Shown here in pieces: positions 1 to 13,100 of a DNA stretch of 64,000 nucleotides (position 1 is the stretch's first letter; each line of letters begins with the position of its first letter). The translations under genes and the position numbers were made by a program. This DNA comes from Marsupella aquatica (Eukaryota > Plantae > Marchantiophyta). The notes under the pieces are model-generated. The model worked only from the letters and a program-made list of their open reading frames with translations, did not search any database and had not been told where the DNA came from. The DNA lies in contig OZ316899.1 of the NCBI GenBank assembly GCA_973895155.1, forward strand, positions 2,749,455-2,813,454. Reading direction: 5' to 3'.

Positions 1-26
1 TGATCGACTTTGTCATAGTCACCCAT
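1..26 (-). pseudogene. gag: Element A: gag start (MGDYDKVD), runs off the left edge
   Basis: Reverse complement of 1-26 matches the gag start of element B at 21470 (MGDYDEVD). Confidence 0.7.
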
Positions 27-48
27 CTTGTCCAATCGCCCCAAGGAC

Positions 49-66
49 TCCCCAGTATGGTCGCCA
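49..66 (-). promoter_or_regulatory. Element A primer-binding site TGGCGACCATACTGGGGA (tRNA-Arg-like)
   Basis: 18-mer 1 nt from the LTR end (GCGACA); identical copy at 48229-48246; resembles the Ogre-type Arg PBS TGGCGACTCCACTGGGGA. Confidence 0.8.
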
Positions 67-67
67 A

Positions 68-2030
68 TGTCGCAAGGACAAGAAGTTAGGGGCTCCTTGG
101 GTAAACTACGTGTTTTTGGCTGCGATTGGGACAGGCGACAAGCACTTTTTGGAGCAAACTCTCACTCCTTTATTTATTTTTACTTTTCTCTCAATGGTTA
201 CAATGGGTGCCCTTGAGTAAGCTTGCTTGCAAGAGTCTGGTAGCTGACCCTACGGCGGGCCGCTACCTCTAACTTGTCAAGCTAAACTCCTCAAGTGGCT
301 ATCTACTCAAAATCTGACGGAAAAACTCTCCTCCTTAGCTCACAAAACCAAAACTTGACTAGCTACTCGACTAGTCCTAACAGCTCACAAGAAACTCGAG
401 CCTGGATCAACGAGACTCCAAGCTCGAGAACCTACACCGGATCCAACACTTGCACAAAACACCAAAATTGTTGCACAAAAGTTGAATTCCACAGAACGCA
501 GCGGAACTCACAGGACGGAACACAACAAAACTCAATAGACAACCGCCAATCGCAATGAGCCAAAGCCCAAGGCTTAAATAGCATCCAAAACCAACCTTCC
601 AGTCTGAGTTAGCTGACATCAGCGAGGCTCATCCAAACTCCAAGCCTGGTGACTCACCCAAACACCAAACCTGGTGACAACGAGTCACCCAAACATCAAA
701 CCTCAATCCATCCAATCAAGCAACCTGTCCAAGTCAGCATGCACGCAACCGAACAGGGACGCCTCGCCCATCAGTTCCTATAAAAACCATGCATCGTGCT
801 CTATGTTGTAGGCAAATAAAAGTGAAAGCGAGGCAAATAAGAAAAGGGTGAGGCAAGGAAAAAGAAACGGCCCCTAATGGGCTCGAGCCTAGGGCTTTGC
901 GCCCCCCTCTCCTTATGAGCTCCCAAAGAGGTGGGGGCTATGAGCTCCCCCCCTCTTAAATGCTCTTTGGGCCTCATGCTTGGCTCGAATGTACTCCCTT
1001 CTGTTTAATGCAGCATAGGGCCTCGTGCCCTCTACTAGCACTCGCTTCCCCCTCCTCTCCTTGGCTTGTGCTCAGCTCCCCCTTGCTTTTAATGCTTCAT
1101 AGGGCCTTGTGCCCTCTCCCTCTTGTGCAAAAATCTACTCCCAAGAGAAGGGAGTCTGTACTCCCCCCCTCTCTTAATGCTGGCAACAAAAGGTCAAGGC
1201 TAGAATGAGGCAAGGAGGAGGCGAAAGAAAAATGGGACCCCCCCTATATGAGTAAGGAGGACTGGAGGAGCGAAGGGAGGGTGCGTGGCCCTATGCGCGG
1301 CTTTGGGGCATTGATGAGCCCCGCATGTGTATACTCAAGCTGCAAGTAGGGCAACAGCAGGACTAGGAGGCAGCTCGCGATGGCAGCTGCCAAGTAGAGA
1401 AAAGGGGTCGCGGCCAGGAAACAGCTCGCGACCGAAGCCGCCTGAACAAAATGGAAAAAAGGGGAGAAATTGGCCGAAAACACCAAAAATGGCCTTGCAT
1501 ATGTCGATCAGCAGCAAGTCGCCTCCACTTCGCGGCAATCGATTGGCAGTCAAAAGTAGGTTTTGCTGCGGCCGGCAATTGACGGAGGCAACACTCAACG
1601 GAAGGGATCACGGACGCACCTAGGAAGGAAAAGTTGGGTTCCAATAGAAACGTTATGTGTATACTTACACATAACGCGACATTAAACCCATAATTTCAAC
1701 CCGTCCCTCCATTGTTGCTCAAAGAAATTGCACCGACTTCGACGGGAAAATGTCAACTGTCTCGAGCAATTGAGAAGCACAACGTCTCTGATCTTGTTCC
1801 CCTCACCACAGTTCTTCTTGAATAAAAGGCGTAAGAGAAATAAATGTACTGAAATTGAATAAAAAACTGGCGGGATGCCAAGATCGGCCAGGAGCATCTG
1901 ACGAATCACTATGTGAATCCCGTGTACGGAATCGACGAGCATTTTTTGAGTTCTATCAACAATGATTCAAGAAGAACTGAAAACCAACAAAGAAAGACAT
2001 GCCCTAAGTAAGCTAAGTCTCAGCGTCACA
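68..2030 (-). mobile_element. Element A 5' LTR (Ty3/gypsy, same family as B)
   Basis: 68-790 is the reverse complement of the B LTRs and ends GCGACA next to the PBS. The distal boundary at 2030 (TGTGACGC on the minus strand) rests on the TG terminus only. Confidence 0.6.
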
Positions 2031-2374
2031 CTAACAAGCGCGCTTGCTTCAAGAGCGCCTTGAATTTGCTATAAGAACATGTTGCTAACTCAGGTAGTAC
2101 ACTAGCCCTAACTACATACCTAGCAGGCATGCGAGGGACGTGCCGATGTGCATAAGAGGCACTGTCCCTCGGCATGACAGCTCTACAAACTAGCAAAGGA
2201 ATTAATCATTGACAAAAAGCTCTCACAAGCTTGAGAATTTTGAAATCAAATTTTCTGATGGTTTTTTTGACAATTTACGGTACGTAGTTCTTTGATTACT
2301 CAACTTTGTGCCCACTAGTCTCCTCATACTTAGTCCCCATCAGATGGTTGTTTTGAACACCTGGACCATAGAGG

Positions 2375-2671
2375 TGTTAGGAATTGACTCTCAGTTCCCA
2401 ACTTCTAGTTAGTTTGGCCTTACTAGGGTTAGTTGGCCCTTGGTTAGTTTAGGATAAGATCCACTTATTTAGGCTCACACATCTTAGTCTCCCTTGGGGG
2501 GTAGAGGTTGGAGGGAGAGCTTTCTCTCCCTCATTCTTCACACATACTGTCATATGCTATGGATCCTTAAGAATTTTCTTCACTCGGGGTGTCACATCGG
2601 TGTAGCGTCTGATTGTGTGTCTCTCTCATGTTCCGCATTGTTGTCTAGTCCAAAGTTGACGGTTTCTTACA
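2375..2671 (+). mobile_element. Element C: Ty1/copia 5' LTR
   Basis: TGTTAG...CTTACA followed 2 nt later by the iMet PBS. No partner LTR in the window. Confidence 0.65.
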
Positions 2672-2673
2672 AG

Positions 2674-2685
2674 TGGTATCAGAGC
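2674..2685 (+). promoter_or_regulatory. PBS TGGTATCAGAGC (initiator Met tRNA)
   Basis: Exact canonical plant iMet PBS directly after CA. Confidence 0.85.
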
Positions 2686-4233
2686 TTTGTGTTCGAGGTT
2701 TGGTGGCCTGGGCAGTGGTGAGAGTGTTTATTGTGTTGAATCAGGGTGAAATATTGAGTTGTTGTTGATGATTGCGGAATCATTTCACCGGTTGCTCTAC
2801 ATTGGAGTTTTTGTGTTTGAAAGAGGTGACGGTTTTCCGACTGAAACTTCAGTTGAAGTATCGGATGTGTTTCCCTGTGTTTTCTGAAGGTACTTTTGAG
2901 TGGACAGTCCAGAAATTTTTCATGCGCAACATCGAGCATTGCGTCTTGGTGAAACTTTTTTTGTGTTTCATCAAGCTATTGCAAAATTTTGTCGATTTTA
3001 GTTTTGCTATTTAGAGGTTAAACTTCTTGGTTATGGTGATTTGGTTGTGGTACCACTATTCTTTGCAAAAATGTCGTGGTCCTACCACCAAAAGTTACCA
3101 TTTCATTTCTCCTCATTTTTTGTGAGTAGTTGCCATTTTGCAATTATTTGTGGAGGTGTGTAAGGTCAAATACTGAGTATGTGAGTACGCCTGTGTATGT
3201 AACACGGTATGGTACTAAGGACGAGTCAAACATAAAGTACAAGGATAGAAGAGGAGATTGTACCTGGTACCATGCACTTATTGAGGGGGCTGGTAAGTTT
3301 GTACCTTACCTGGCTTGGAGCATTCATTGGGCTTGTACACTGTACCAGGCCTGTGCAATATAGGAGGGAGAGAAAGGAGAGTCTCTTCTCCCTTGTGACT
3401 GTAAGTACAAAGCTTGGTTGTACTAGCACATTCAAGAGGAAGTTGAAGGGGCTGTACCTGGTATCAGTCCAAGTACAACATTAATGAGGCAGATTGTTTT
3501 TTATGTGCAAAGAAGGTGGTGTGGGGTCTATTTGTGACCCAAGGTACAAAGTAGAAGGGAGGGGAGAGTAGGAGATCCCAGCCCTTGTGATACTTTTTGG
3601 CTCATGCATTGGGGCTCTTGGCCATAAGCACATTAAATTAGGAAGGTGACAGATGGCGCAATGGAGAACATAAGCTTGAAGGGCAAAGGGAGGATAAGGG
3701 GCAACACTTGCCCTCTTTGGTTGTTTTTTGTTAAAACATTTGTTTCTTTTGCGCATGTGGGTTTTCCCTTGTGGCTGGACAGGTGTCACTTTCTGGTGCC
3801 TTCTGCTGTAAACCTTGACTGTACTTTGATTCCCCTGGAAAATTTCTTTTCTAGACAGCTGAATTTTGGCCAAAATTTCTGAATTCGATTGTCGTCGAGT
3901 CAGAATGTTTTTGCAAGATCTTGCAAGGGGATACTCAAGGGGGTTGAGCACAGGCTAGTGAAATCAATTTGTGCGTTGCTATTGCAAAAAAACAGGGGAC
4001 CTAAGATACCCGACTGGGGTCAAAACGGCCATTTTGACCCCCCTTTCGGTCCAAGATGAATAAGTTTTTGCTGAAGAAGTTTTTTGCCAAATCGTTTTCA
4101 AATCTTGGTAGTGTACCTTGCAGGCTACGTGGCGGTGCATTCCATTTCCACTTTTGCCAAGTTTCATTTTTTGGTACATTTTTGGGTGGAGGTATTTCGG
4201 TTGTGTATTTCCTGTGTGTTTGTGGCAACATCA

Positions 4234-4430
4234 ATGACTTCAAGAAAGCTTGCGGTGCCAAAGTTTGAGGTGGAGAATTTTGACGGGAAGGTCAGCTTCA
4301 GCCTCTGGACTTGGCCCTCAAATATAATAGATGAGGAGTGGGAAGACATGTTGGTGTAGGCGTGTAGCACAATTGAGTTATTCTTGGCCGGGATTATTGG
4401 CAAACAACATTCTCACTACAACAATGACCT
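4234..4430 (+). pseudogene. gag: Degenerate copia gag N-terminus
   Basis: MTSRKLAVPKFEVENFDGKVSFSLW...DEEWEDM resembles the Tnt1/Tork-type KFEVEKFDG..FSLW start; internal deletion and stop follow. Confidence 0.65.
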
Positions 4431-5026
4431 CAACCTTTTGTTTGAGAGCAAGTACTTGGCCCCTCCCTATGATATCATGGCTATGTCCAAAGAAATTAAA
4501 AAGTGAAAATTTTGTCTCATTATTGGGTTAATGGAGTATAATAAACCCAGAAATGGCTACAAAGTCTAGTTTACAGTACAAAATCCGGACATATCCGGAT
4601 AGCACTCTTTTTGGAACTTTAAAATACAGGTACAATTGCACCACAAGAGAAGGCGTATGAGAATGAAGATAAAACCATAAGTTGAGCATCCGGCCAAAGA
4701 CTGAGACTTGGTTTTCGAGTTCTTAAGGCGATTGTTTGGGCTGCAATCCACACACCGAGACGCTACAAAAATCTTTAGTCTAAAAGATTGGAGAGAATAG
4801 AGCCGGACAAGGCTACCAATTCAAGGCATTAGTCGTGAGGAACTGGTTATGGGGGAAATGGGTGATTGTTTGATTGAGTGGGGAAGTGGCAACTTGATTC
4901 CAATTTTCGGATTTGAGATTTCCAGATTTTTGTGAAGGGATTTTAATTCAGTTTCTTTCTCTCCATCGCCTCATCATGGTGAAGAGAAAGGGTCCGGATT
5001 TTGCCCCAGAAAAATCCGAAATCTGG

Positions 5027-6330
5027 ATGATGCCTAAGCGTACGACCAAGGAGCGGACTGTCATGGTTAATGAGAAACCGTTGCGACCCAAGATCGCGTC
5101 GGATCCAAAAAGGAAGGCCCGACTTTAGAACAATTTAGAGGCGATGGGTTGTGCAAAGCTACTCGAGTTACCATGGATTACCAGAGTGCGGTGTTCGTGA
5201 AGGAGGTCCGGAATCGTGCGACCCTTACTTTGGAATTTCCAGATTCTATTAGAGGAAATCCGGAAAAGTGGACAGCGGTCATCGTTTCATCATTGTTGGA
5301 TGTGCCATTGAAAGGAGAGAGCTTTCTAACTTCAAAGGAGAATTTTTTCGACAACTATTTTGATGGCGAAGTAGATCCAAAGGATGGCCAGAAGGTATCT
5401 CAGTGTTGTAATGAGGAGTTCTTTGATGTCCTGTCCTTCCTGTTACCAATTCTATCCCCTGCCAAACCTCGCCGAGTTACAATCCAGATTGGGAATACCA
5501 TTGCTGCTTCCTACATTGGTGAGAAGAAGATTTCTTGGGCAAAGGTGTTGGAGGAGGTCATTGCTAAGGAAGTCCGGAATCTTCATTTGAAGACCCCCAC
5601 CTCCCTTTCGTGCTACCTGGCTAACCTGTACTCCATGGACCGGGTGCCGATAGACAAAGTAGAGGAGTATGAGAACCAAGCCATGTTAGCTCAACTTGGA
5701 GATCCAGACCGGCAGCAATCACAGGGGACAAAATCAAAAGAAGATCCGGTTGTTGAAGTACAACCTCCCAGGACCCGAAAGAGGTTAGTTCAAAGTCCAG
5801 AACCGGATCCAGTCGAAGATCCGGAACCTGTCCGGAGACCGGAAAGCAGAGGAAGTCTTCCGGGTGTGATCCCAAGTTCCAAGTGGACGGTATCAGCAGA
5901 GTTGGAACATGTCCGGACATTCGTGGAGAGTGCAACCGGAAAGGCTAAGCAACTCAAGGATCTTGTAGGGAAAGTTGCTGAGATGCTCAACTGCAGTCCG
6001 ATTGTCATCATTTCCACTTTGGATATGGTGATTAAAAGTCAGGCCAAGAAGAGGATCTGGGCCTTAGAAGACCAGACAGACAAGGACAGAAGGAAGATTG
6101 ACTCCTTGGTAGACCAGTTGGATGTTGCACAAAAGAAGTTGGAGGACCATCTTCAGATCCGGAAGCTTCTGAATGGAGCAGTCATCAGTGTTCAGGAAGC
6201 GCTTCATGTACCGGCCTTGGGCTTGTTGGAAGCCAACCTGATTGATAAGTACTTAGCGACTGCCAATCCAGGCACTATTGCTAAGGTTATTGAGTGCAAG
6301 AACCGGTTTGTGTGGAATGCCTCGATATAG
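5027..6330 (+). pseudogene. Retrotransposon accessory ORF (short form of the LTR-ORF domain family), with C-terminal coiled coil
   Basis: One stop (5126-28) and one frameshift (about 5175) join MPKRTTKE...LEAMGCAKLLELPW to the 393-aa ORF. Motifs LxLPW, RGNPEKWT..LLDVP..G, DG....QCCN, SFLLPILSPAKPR and WAKV recur in the ORFs of D, G, H, I and at 26390. Confidence 0.65.
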
Positions 6331-7483
6331 GTTTATGTAAGAAACTTGGCATTTTATTGCTTTTTGAACAAGGAATAGTAAGAAAGTTGTTTTAAGTGCT
6401 ATCGGAGTAACTAGGTTTTAGGAACTTAAGTAGGTAGAATAGGAAAGATAGTGGAATGGAAGGTTACTGAGTTGTAAGCAAGTGACAAGGGATAAGAAAG
6501 GTCTTTATGGTGGGGCATACAATGTTCTGTCCTTAGTTAGAATAGGCAACTGTTCCAAGCCGGAGAAACAACCCGACACTTGAAGTCTTAGTTTTGGATA
6601 AATATTTTCCCTATAGGTGCTAGGAGGTCCTTAGAGCACCCCTATGAAGTATGACTTCAAGTGGGGTCTCAACCTAGGGTTTCCTTGTGTTTTGGTGGGA
6701 CTTAAATTAACAAAATAGCGGGTCTCGGGAAAAATAGCTGATGGGAAACGGTAGGGGTTCCAAGTTGTAAAGTAGGTTAAATATGGTCCACTATATCCCT
6801 GGAAACTTGTGGGAGAACTTTGTTACCTTTGGTTACTTTTTGGGAGCATCTCAAAGTTGAGAGGAATTTTGGAAAACATAAGAATTAACCCTCTTTACCT
6901 AATTTTAGAAAATAGTTTATAAGGGTTTGTCTAGATATTAGTAAACCAGGACATAGTCCTATGTCTAAAGAATCTGTAGATTTACTCAAAAGTCATTTTG
7001 GACTCATGTGTGAGGTTTTGGGGCGGTCCAAAACAGCCTGAAAATACTGTTTTTCCAACAAAAACATCCAAAAACTTTTCTAAGTGTCAACCGTGTCGGC
7101 GGCGACCATGACTTAAGCACGAGGCCGGGGAGACTCAAGCACAAGGTCAGGAACACCATAAGGGTCAATACATGAGATGTTTGCTTCGAATTGGGATCAA
7201 GAGGCAGCTACAAAATTGAATTGAGCTGCTATAGCTTCAGGCATGGGATGCTAATCAAAATTGGCTGGCTGCCTCGATGCTGCTGATTGGAATAGAGTTG
7301 CTTGCTATGGAGAAATAGGCTGCTGCTGATCAAGAGATGGCTTGCTGACTGTGAGCTATGGTGGGCTACGAAATTGAAGGGTTGGCACCTGATCAGACTG
7401 ACTGCTGCACCAGAATTAGAAGGGCTAGTTTCAAGCACGAGATGTTGAGTGTTGGCTGATTAGTAAGTATGCTGAAAGCTCAA

Positions 7484-8150
7484 TGTGGCGCATCCCATGA
7501 CACTTTGAAACCAAGAACCCTCCCTGAGCAAGCCGATTCCCACCGGTTTCTTGGTTGCCAAGGCCGATTCCAAGGTTTATCGACATGGGATGTTGCTTTC
7601 CTCTCACTACTATACTAACGTTTTACCACATATACTGGACAGATCCTTCATTGGGTCATGAGATATGTACCCGGCTTATTCTAGGCCTCACTTCCGTCTC
7701 TCCTATCAGTCTTCCTTCAGGTATGTTTGGATTCCGCCCCCGGAATGATGCCCAATTGGCTTGGGTAGCCGCTAAAAGCCCTCTTAGCTCAACACATCCA
7801 ACTCTCCCTACTTCTTAACTTACTTTCTCTCCTTAGTTGATGTGGGCAATCTTCACACAAGTTGATGTGACACACAATTAGAAAGATAACTCTTACTGAC
7901 TAAGGTATACCATGCCATTGCCATACAAGGAGTACTTCTCCTGCACAAGGTCTGCGAACTAAGCCGGAAGGCCAACTCTATTCAGCTCTTAGGCATGAGG
8001 AAACATAAATATACACAAAGGTCACTGCATAACTAACCGAGAGCTTCTCTTTACTAACTGATTCTAGCCTTGCTGGTGCACTAAAAACTTGTTTAAGAAG
8101 AAGGCCCTGGGGTCCCTGTTGACCAGGTATTTATCCCAGCAACATACCTA
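7484..8150 (-). mobile_element. D4: diverged 3' fragment of a D-family LTR
   Basis: Colinear with 42153-42800 (D2 end) and starts TGTGGCGC on the plus strand. The other end and TSD are missing. Confidence 0.75.
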
Positions 8151-8354
8151 CCTATTTCAGAGAAGTAAGTATAGGGGTAGTTTACTTAGGGTAGTAAAAG
8201 GGTTACAAGTAAAATAAGGTCAACTTTGACTAGGCATAACTTGAGACTCACTCACTCTTTTTGCAAGCTTTCAAGTGGGTTGGAAATCTGGTGAGGAGGA
8301 ACATAAGTGGGAGCACGTTTGGAGGTCAAAGGATGCAACTCATGTGTGGCATAT

Positions 8355-9835
8355 AGTCGCGGAACTCGACTACCTTAACACTTAGCTCCGGCGTCGCTGA
8401 CTCCGATGCCGAGCTCCCTTATGGTCCAGGCCCGGATAGGCCATCCGGGGAGGACTTAACATGGGGAGACTTGTGGGCAATGAGACGTAGCACTAGCGAG
8501 GCAAGGGGCCAAGCTGGGGATACACACTAAGGACTTGGACTAGCCTATGGCTGGTCGGGTCAAGGGGAAATGGGCTGGGCTCAAGGATGGCCATCCGGAC
8601 CTTAGGATGGACTTTGAGTTCTGAGGGCTTGGGAGTGAGTTCCTCTTGGGCCCAAGGCCAATGGAGTTGACGCCATTGGCAACGGACGCTTGGGGCGCAA
8701 GTTGTGGCCCGATCCGGGTTGGGCCGGTCGGGGGCCCCGAGCGGCGATCAGACCTGAGGGCCTAGGCATGAGCACTGGGTCGGCCCAGTCACGATAGGCT
8801 AAGGCACTCCGCTTGCGGATGCCTATCAAGAAAGTTATGGGCGTTGTCAGTTGGTGGCGCGCCCATTATGCGCGATGGGATCCGGGTTGGGGGCCAAATG
8901 TTTAGGGACCAAAGCTGGTCCGGGGGTGGCACGTCTCCAGAAACATATATGAGGGGAGTGGTGTCTCCCGGGGGCTAAGGCCAAGCCGAAATCGTGAGCC
9001 GCGGCGGTCGCGATACTATCGGAAACCGCCAAATGGAAATGGCAATATCTCCCAACGGGAAGTCCATTGGAGGACTTCTTGGGTGCGTTGGAAATCTCTT
9101 GAGGAAGGCTACGTCCTCTTGAGCTCAGCTAGATCTGGGGGTGCCGTGGGTTCTTGTGGTTTGTGGGTGTTAGCTCGCCCCCTTGCCAAATCCTGTCGAA
9201 CAGCAGCCAAGCCGCGTTCTGTCTCCCAAGGGAGCTTGCATTGGGGAGGCAATGCCAAGTAGGTGCGGAGGCTGAGTTCCAAGGGTGCTCGGCCCCTAGA
9301 CCACCAGTGGGGCAAACCGGGAGCGGTTGCTAGGGTCGGGACTGTTCTGGTCCCGGCGTCTTGGGACAAGCTTTAGGACAAGCTACGCTATTTGGGCCAT
9401 GAGCATGTCCTGAGGTCAGGGCGGTCAGTTGGTGATGGATAAGTACGAGGGGGAACCCGGGCCGCGCGCAAGGAAGAAGCTATTCTGGACAAACAGTGGG
9501 CGTGGGTTCTAGTTCTGGCTTATGGCATCGGGAGGACCTATCGCTGACCTATTTACCAACGTCTGTTGAGCTTGAGTTAGGATGCTAGACTTGGCGAGTT
9601 CTAGATCTTGAAGGGTTACTTACCGAGGTGCTTGGTTGCTTGTGCAGATAGGGAGGACCGTTGAGTAGCGGTCGTGTTAGAGAGCAAGTGCGGCTTTGTA
9701 TGGGCGGGGCCGCTGGCGGTGCAAAGGGGCACTAGGTTTGCTTGCTTAGGTATTCCGTGGAGGCGTTTGGGCACCAAGGGCACTTAGGCGTGAGTGCTGG
9801 GATTAGTGAGGGGCTGGGTGGCGAAGTCCACCACT
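8355..9835 (+). mobile_element. J1: solo LTR of family J with AGT...ACT termini
   Basis: Full-length match to both J LTRs. Flanked by perfect 5-bp TSD CATAT (8350-8354, 9836-9840). Confidence 0.9.
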
Positions 9836-10117
9836 CATATTCCAGGGCTTGGAAAGAGGCAAAATAGCAAGTAGTAGGGTGGGTTATGAACTATAGAGTT
9901 GGACTTTGTGTGTTAGGAGGACTTGGGGGAGGTATAGTTGGACCCCAGGTTGAGCTTGGTGTAGTGTGGAAGGAGAATAGTATTAATAGAGGATTTTTCC
10001 TTTGATGCCTAGCCAGGAATCATTAGGCTAGTTTAAATAGTAAAATCAGGAGTGTACCCTAGGAAACACCTTAGTATAGTAACAAAAACAGGGAAATATA
10101 AACAATTAAGGGTGACT

Positions 10118-13100
10118 ATGGAACCCAAGCCAAGGCTGAAAGTAAGGACGTCGGGGAAGGGAACACGATTAGGGTTAGGGCGCGCTAAGTACCAGCGGCT
10201 ATGGGTAACCAACGGGAAGGAAGACCAGCCAAAGGGGAGGGGTAAGGACCGAGCGCAAGGAAGGGCGGCTCATTTGCAACCACGAGCCAAGCTGAAGACT
10301 ACGGGAGGCCAACTACTGTCCGCTGCTCAGGCAAGCACTCGGGGTGGAAGCAAATACCGACAATCAACTCAAGAAGGGTATGAGCAATGTCAATAAAGTT
10401 GCTCATTTTTGGGGATGCCTGTTAGAACGGGCAACTGAGTACATTGGGGCCTACCAGGACGAAGAATTGGAGAGAGCGGCTTGAGAACGGCAGGAGCTCG
10501 CTCGGCTGTGGGAGTTGCAGAAGTCTGCTTTCTTAGGAGGAAAACTCATTACGACTGAATTCTTGTGGACGCCTACTGCCGACAAACTCGATGATCTTCT
10601 GTTTTCTGAGAACAGAATAGTCGGCATCCGGGAGGCCATCAACCACTGCAACGACATACATTGGGAGTTGAAGGGTAGCACGGAGGGGTGGACAAAGGCA
10701 ACCGTGCTAGGAGAAACATCCACGGTAGCCGCTATGAAGAGGAAAGGGAACAACAACGAAGAAGCCACCCTTGCAAAAAGAACGAGGTCGGCGGCCCCCA
10801 GGAAACCAGTAGAGTAGGGAAGCAGGAGGCAAGTGGAAGCCAAAGAGGAGGAGGTTGACCCCATCAATGCCGTTCCAACAAGAGATGACACCTGGAAGGG
10901 CTGGGCAGCGACCCTCCCTGAGGAGGTGCAATTACACTTTGCGCGGGAAGAGGATGCATGCTTTACGGCTATGCAGACTCAGAAATACCAGGACTTCATG
11001 GCCGGATCCCACTTGGAAGCCTTCGTAAAGTTGCCATGGCTGAAGCTGGAGGTGCCGGATTCAGACTTACTAAAATTCGTGGGATCATGGGACCCGAGAC
11101 CAATTCCACAAGGGTGTATGGGAAGGATTTCTATCTCACTCCCCGGGTGATTGCCGAAGTGTTTGGCTTGCCGATGGGCAATAAGAACAAGTAGATACCA
11201 GGAAGACCTTGCCAGACAAGGAGTTCCGTTTGTTTCCAGGGCCATCAACAAAGAATGGCTTCTTCCAAAACACCTGCACAAACTCGCACATAGGAGAAAT
11301 GATCGATTTCTTGCGGGTGACCATGCATTGTAACTTGTCGAGGGCAGAGATCGGCAAGGCATAGGTCTATCTGGCGGAGAGGCCAGACCCAAGCCGAGAC
11401 TACAACGGGTACCTCCTCACCCAACTAAAGAAGATCTTGAAGGAGGAACAACTGGTGATTGGCATGGGAAGCGTGTCCCGGCTTGGTTATCACATGCCGC
11501 TATTGTGCCGGTATGCCCGAAGTCAGATATTCGTCCCGGTACTGCCCCTGCAGGCAAGAGCACCAGAGGAGGTTCCGGAACCAAGGCCGGCAACAGAGAA
11601 ACCAACCCAGCCCAACAGTCCTACAATCGAGCAGGTGTTTAGGCCGAGGAAGGAAGACTTGCCGATACAGCAACCAGGCATGCAGAATCTGCTGAATTGT
11701 TGGAGAAGGAAAGGAGAACGGCAACGGGACCGGTACAGGATAGTGCTCCCGAAGTCGGCCTTAGCCAACTTACCAGGGAAAACCCCTTTACCGGGGTCAA
11801 GGAGAGAAGGAGACCGGAACACGAGCCGGGAGTTTGAATGTATGTAGGAGATTCAAGTCCCAAAGCCAAGGAAAAGCAGCCCGAAGCTCCTGGTCGCGAC
11901 AGGGAGAAGATGAGATCAACATGGAAGCCGGAGGAACCAGGACCCATGATCTGTGAGGCCGTGTTCACGGCAAGACCAGGACAGCAGCGGGGGGAGCCGG
12001 TAGTCCAAGCCAAGGAGGAGGCGGTAGAAGGCTACGACAATGATGACTCCGGCTACGGGTCGGACCATCATGTTCCAGGAATAAGGACCTGTGGCAGGTT
12101 CATCCCCACTCTTCCAAGAGTAGTTCGAGGGGACCCGACCCAGTAGAGCAGCCCCGAGTCTCCCCCACCAGATGTCGCTCCCCCAAGCTTTGACGGCATA
12201 AAATAGACAGCACAGGAGTTTTAGGAACAACTCAGGGAGGAAGAAGAGGCAGCCCTGGCTAGGGAGAAGGATTTACCAAGAGGAGAATGGCCAGAGGACA
12301 TCAGGCGGCTTGCAGAAAAACAAAGCAGCCCGCCAGCCACGATAGAAGAAATTTGCAGGGCGGCTTGGGAACAAAGGCCGCGGTGGATGATGCCGATGAC
12401 TTCTACTCACTCCGCCTATGCTAAAGAACGAGCCATGGAGTACGAGGAGATGTGTGGGGAACTTGTGCTTGGCATCTTTGGGGAGGAGTTGGAGTAGGGA
12501 CCTTTTTTCCAGAGGGAAATGTTGGAGAAGCGCCGATTAGAAGAAGCGGTGGCTTTGGAGAGAAGCAAGAAGGACGAGGTCATCCATTGGCTTAAGGCAA
12601 GGGAAGCCGAGGTAGAAGACCTGAAGACGGCCAAGAAAGCCCAAGATGAGCTATGGATTAAGCGGCATGACCTCAACATCATGCAGGGGCAATTGGATAC
12701 CGTGCAGTCTGATAATCAGATTATCAAGGATAAACTGACTCGGACCCAGGGTGAGCTGGCCGATTCGATCAAGGAGAAGGAGAAGTGGAAGCGAGAGCTG
12801 AGAGACGCAGAGGAGGCCCACATAGCAGCCAACAATTGGGCCATGGCGGAAACTCAAAGAAGGGAAAGGGCGCTGAAGAGGGAACTCGAGGATATCCGCG
12901 GAGCCCTTGAGCAAAAGGAGGCCGAGTTAGGGAAATCCTATCAGGCAATTATCGTGCTGCGGTAGGAGCTCGCATCCATGACGGCCAGCTTCAAGGCACA
13001 CCTCCGTGAGAAAGACGACCAGCTCGACCAGACTTATGCCAAGATGAATAAAATGGAGTCTGAGGTCGTTACGGAGCTCGACAAGGAGCTGAGAGCAACC

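Noticed and set aside
49-66. tRNA genes at the PBS sites
   Set aside because: Only 12-18 nt complementary to tRNA 3' ends; no cloverleaf.
3159-3480. Possible small solo LTR (TGTAAGG...ACAACA)
   Set aside because: No matching TSD and no second copy in the window.
5149-6330. Host gene
   Set aside because: Intronless, disrupted at its 5' end, and shares motifs with the retrotransposon accessory ORFs.
7484-8150. D4 as an LTR with an adjacent PBS or PPT that would orient family D
   Set aside because: The flank shows neither motif and the other end is deleted.
8354-8355. TA...CA or TATA termini for family J
   Set aside because: Those registers give no 5-bp TSD, whereas AGT...ACT gives perfect ones at both insertions.
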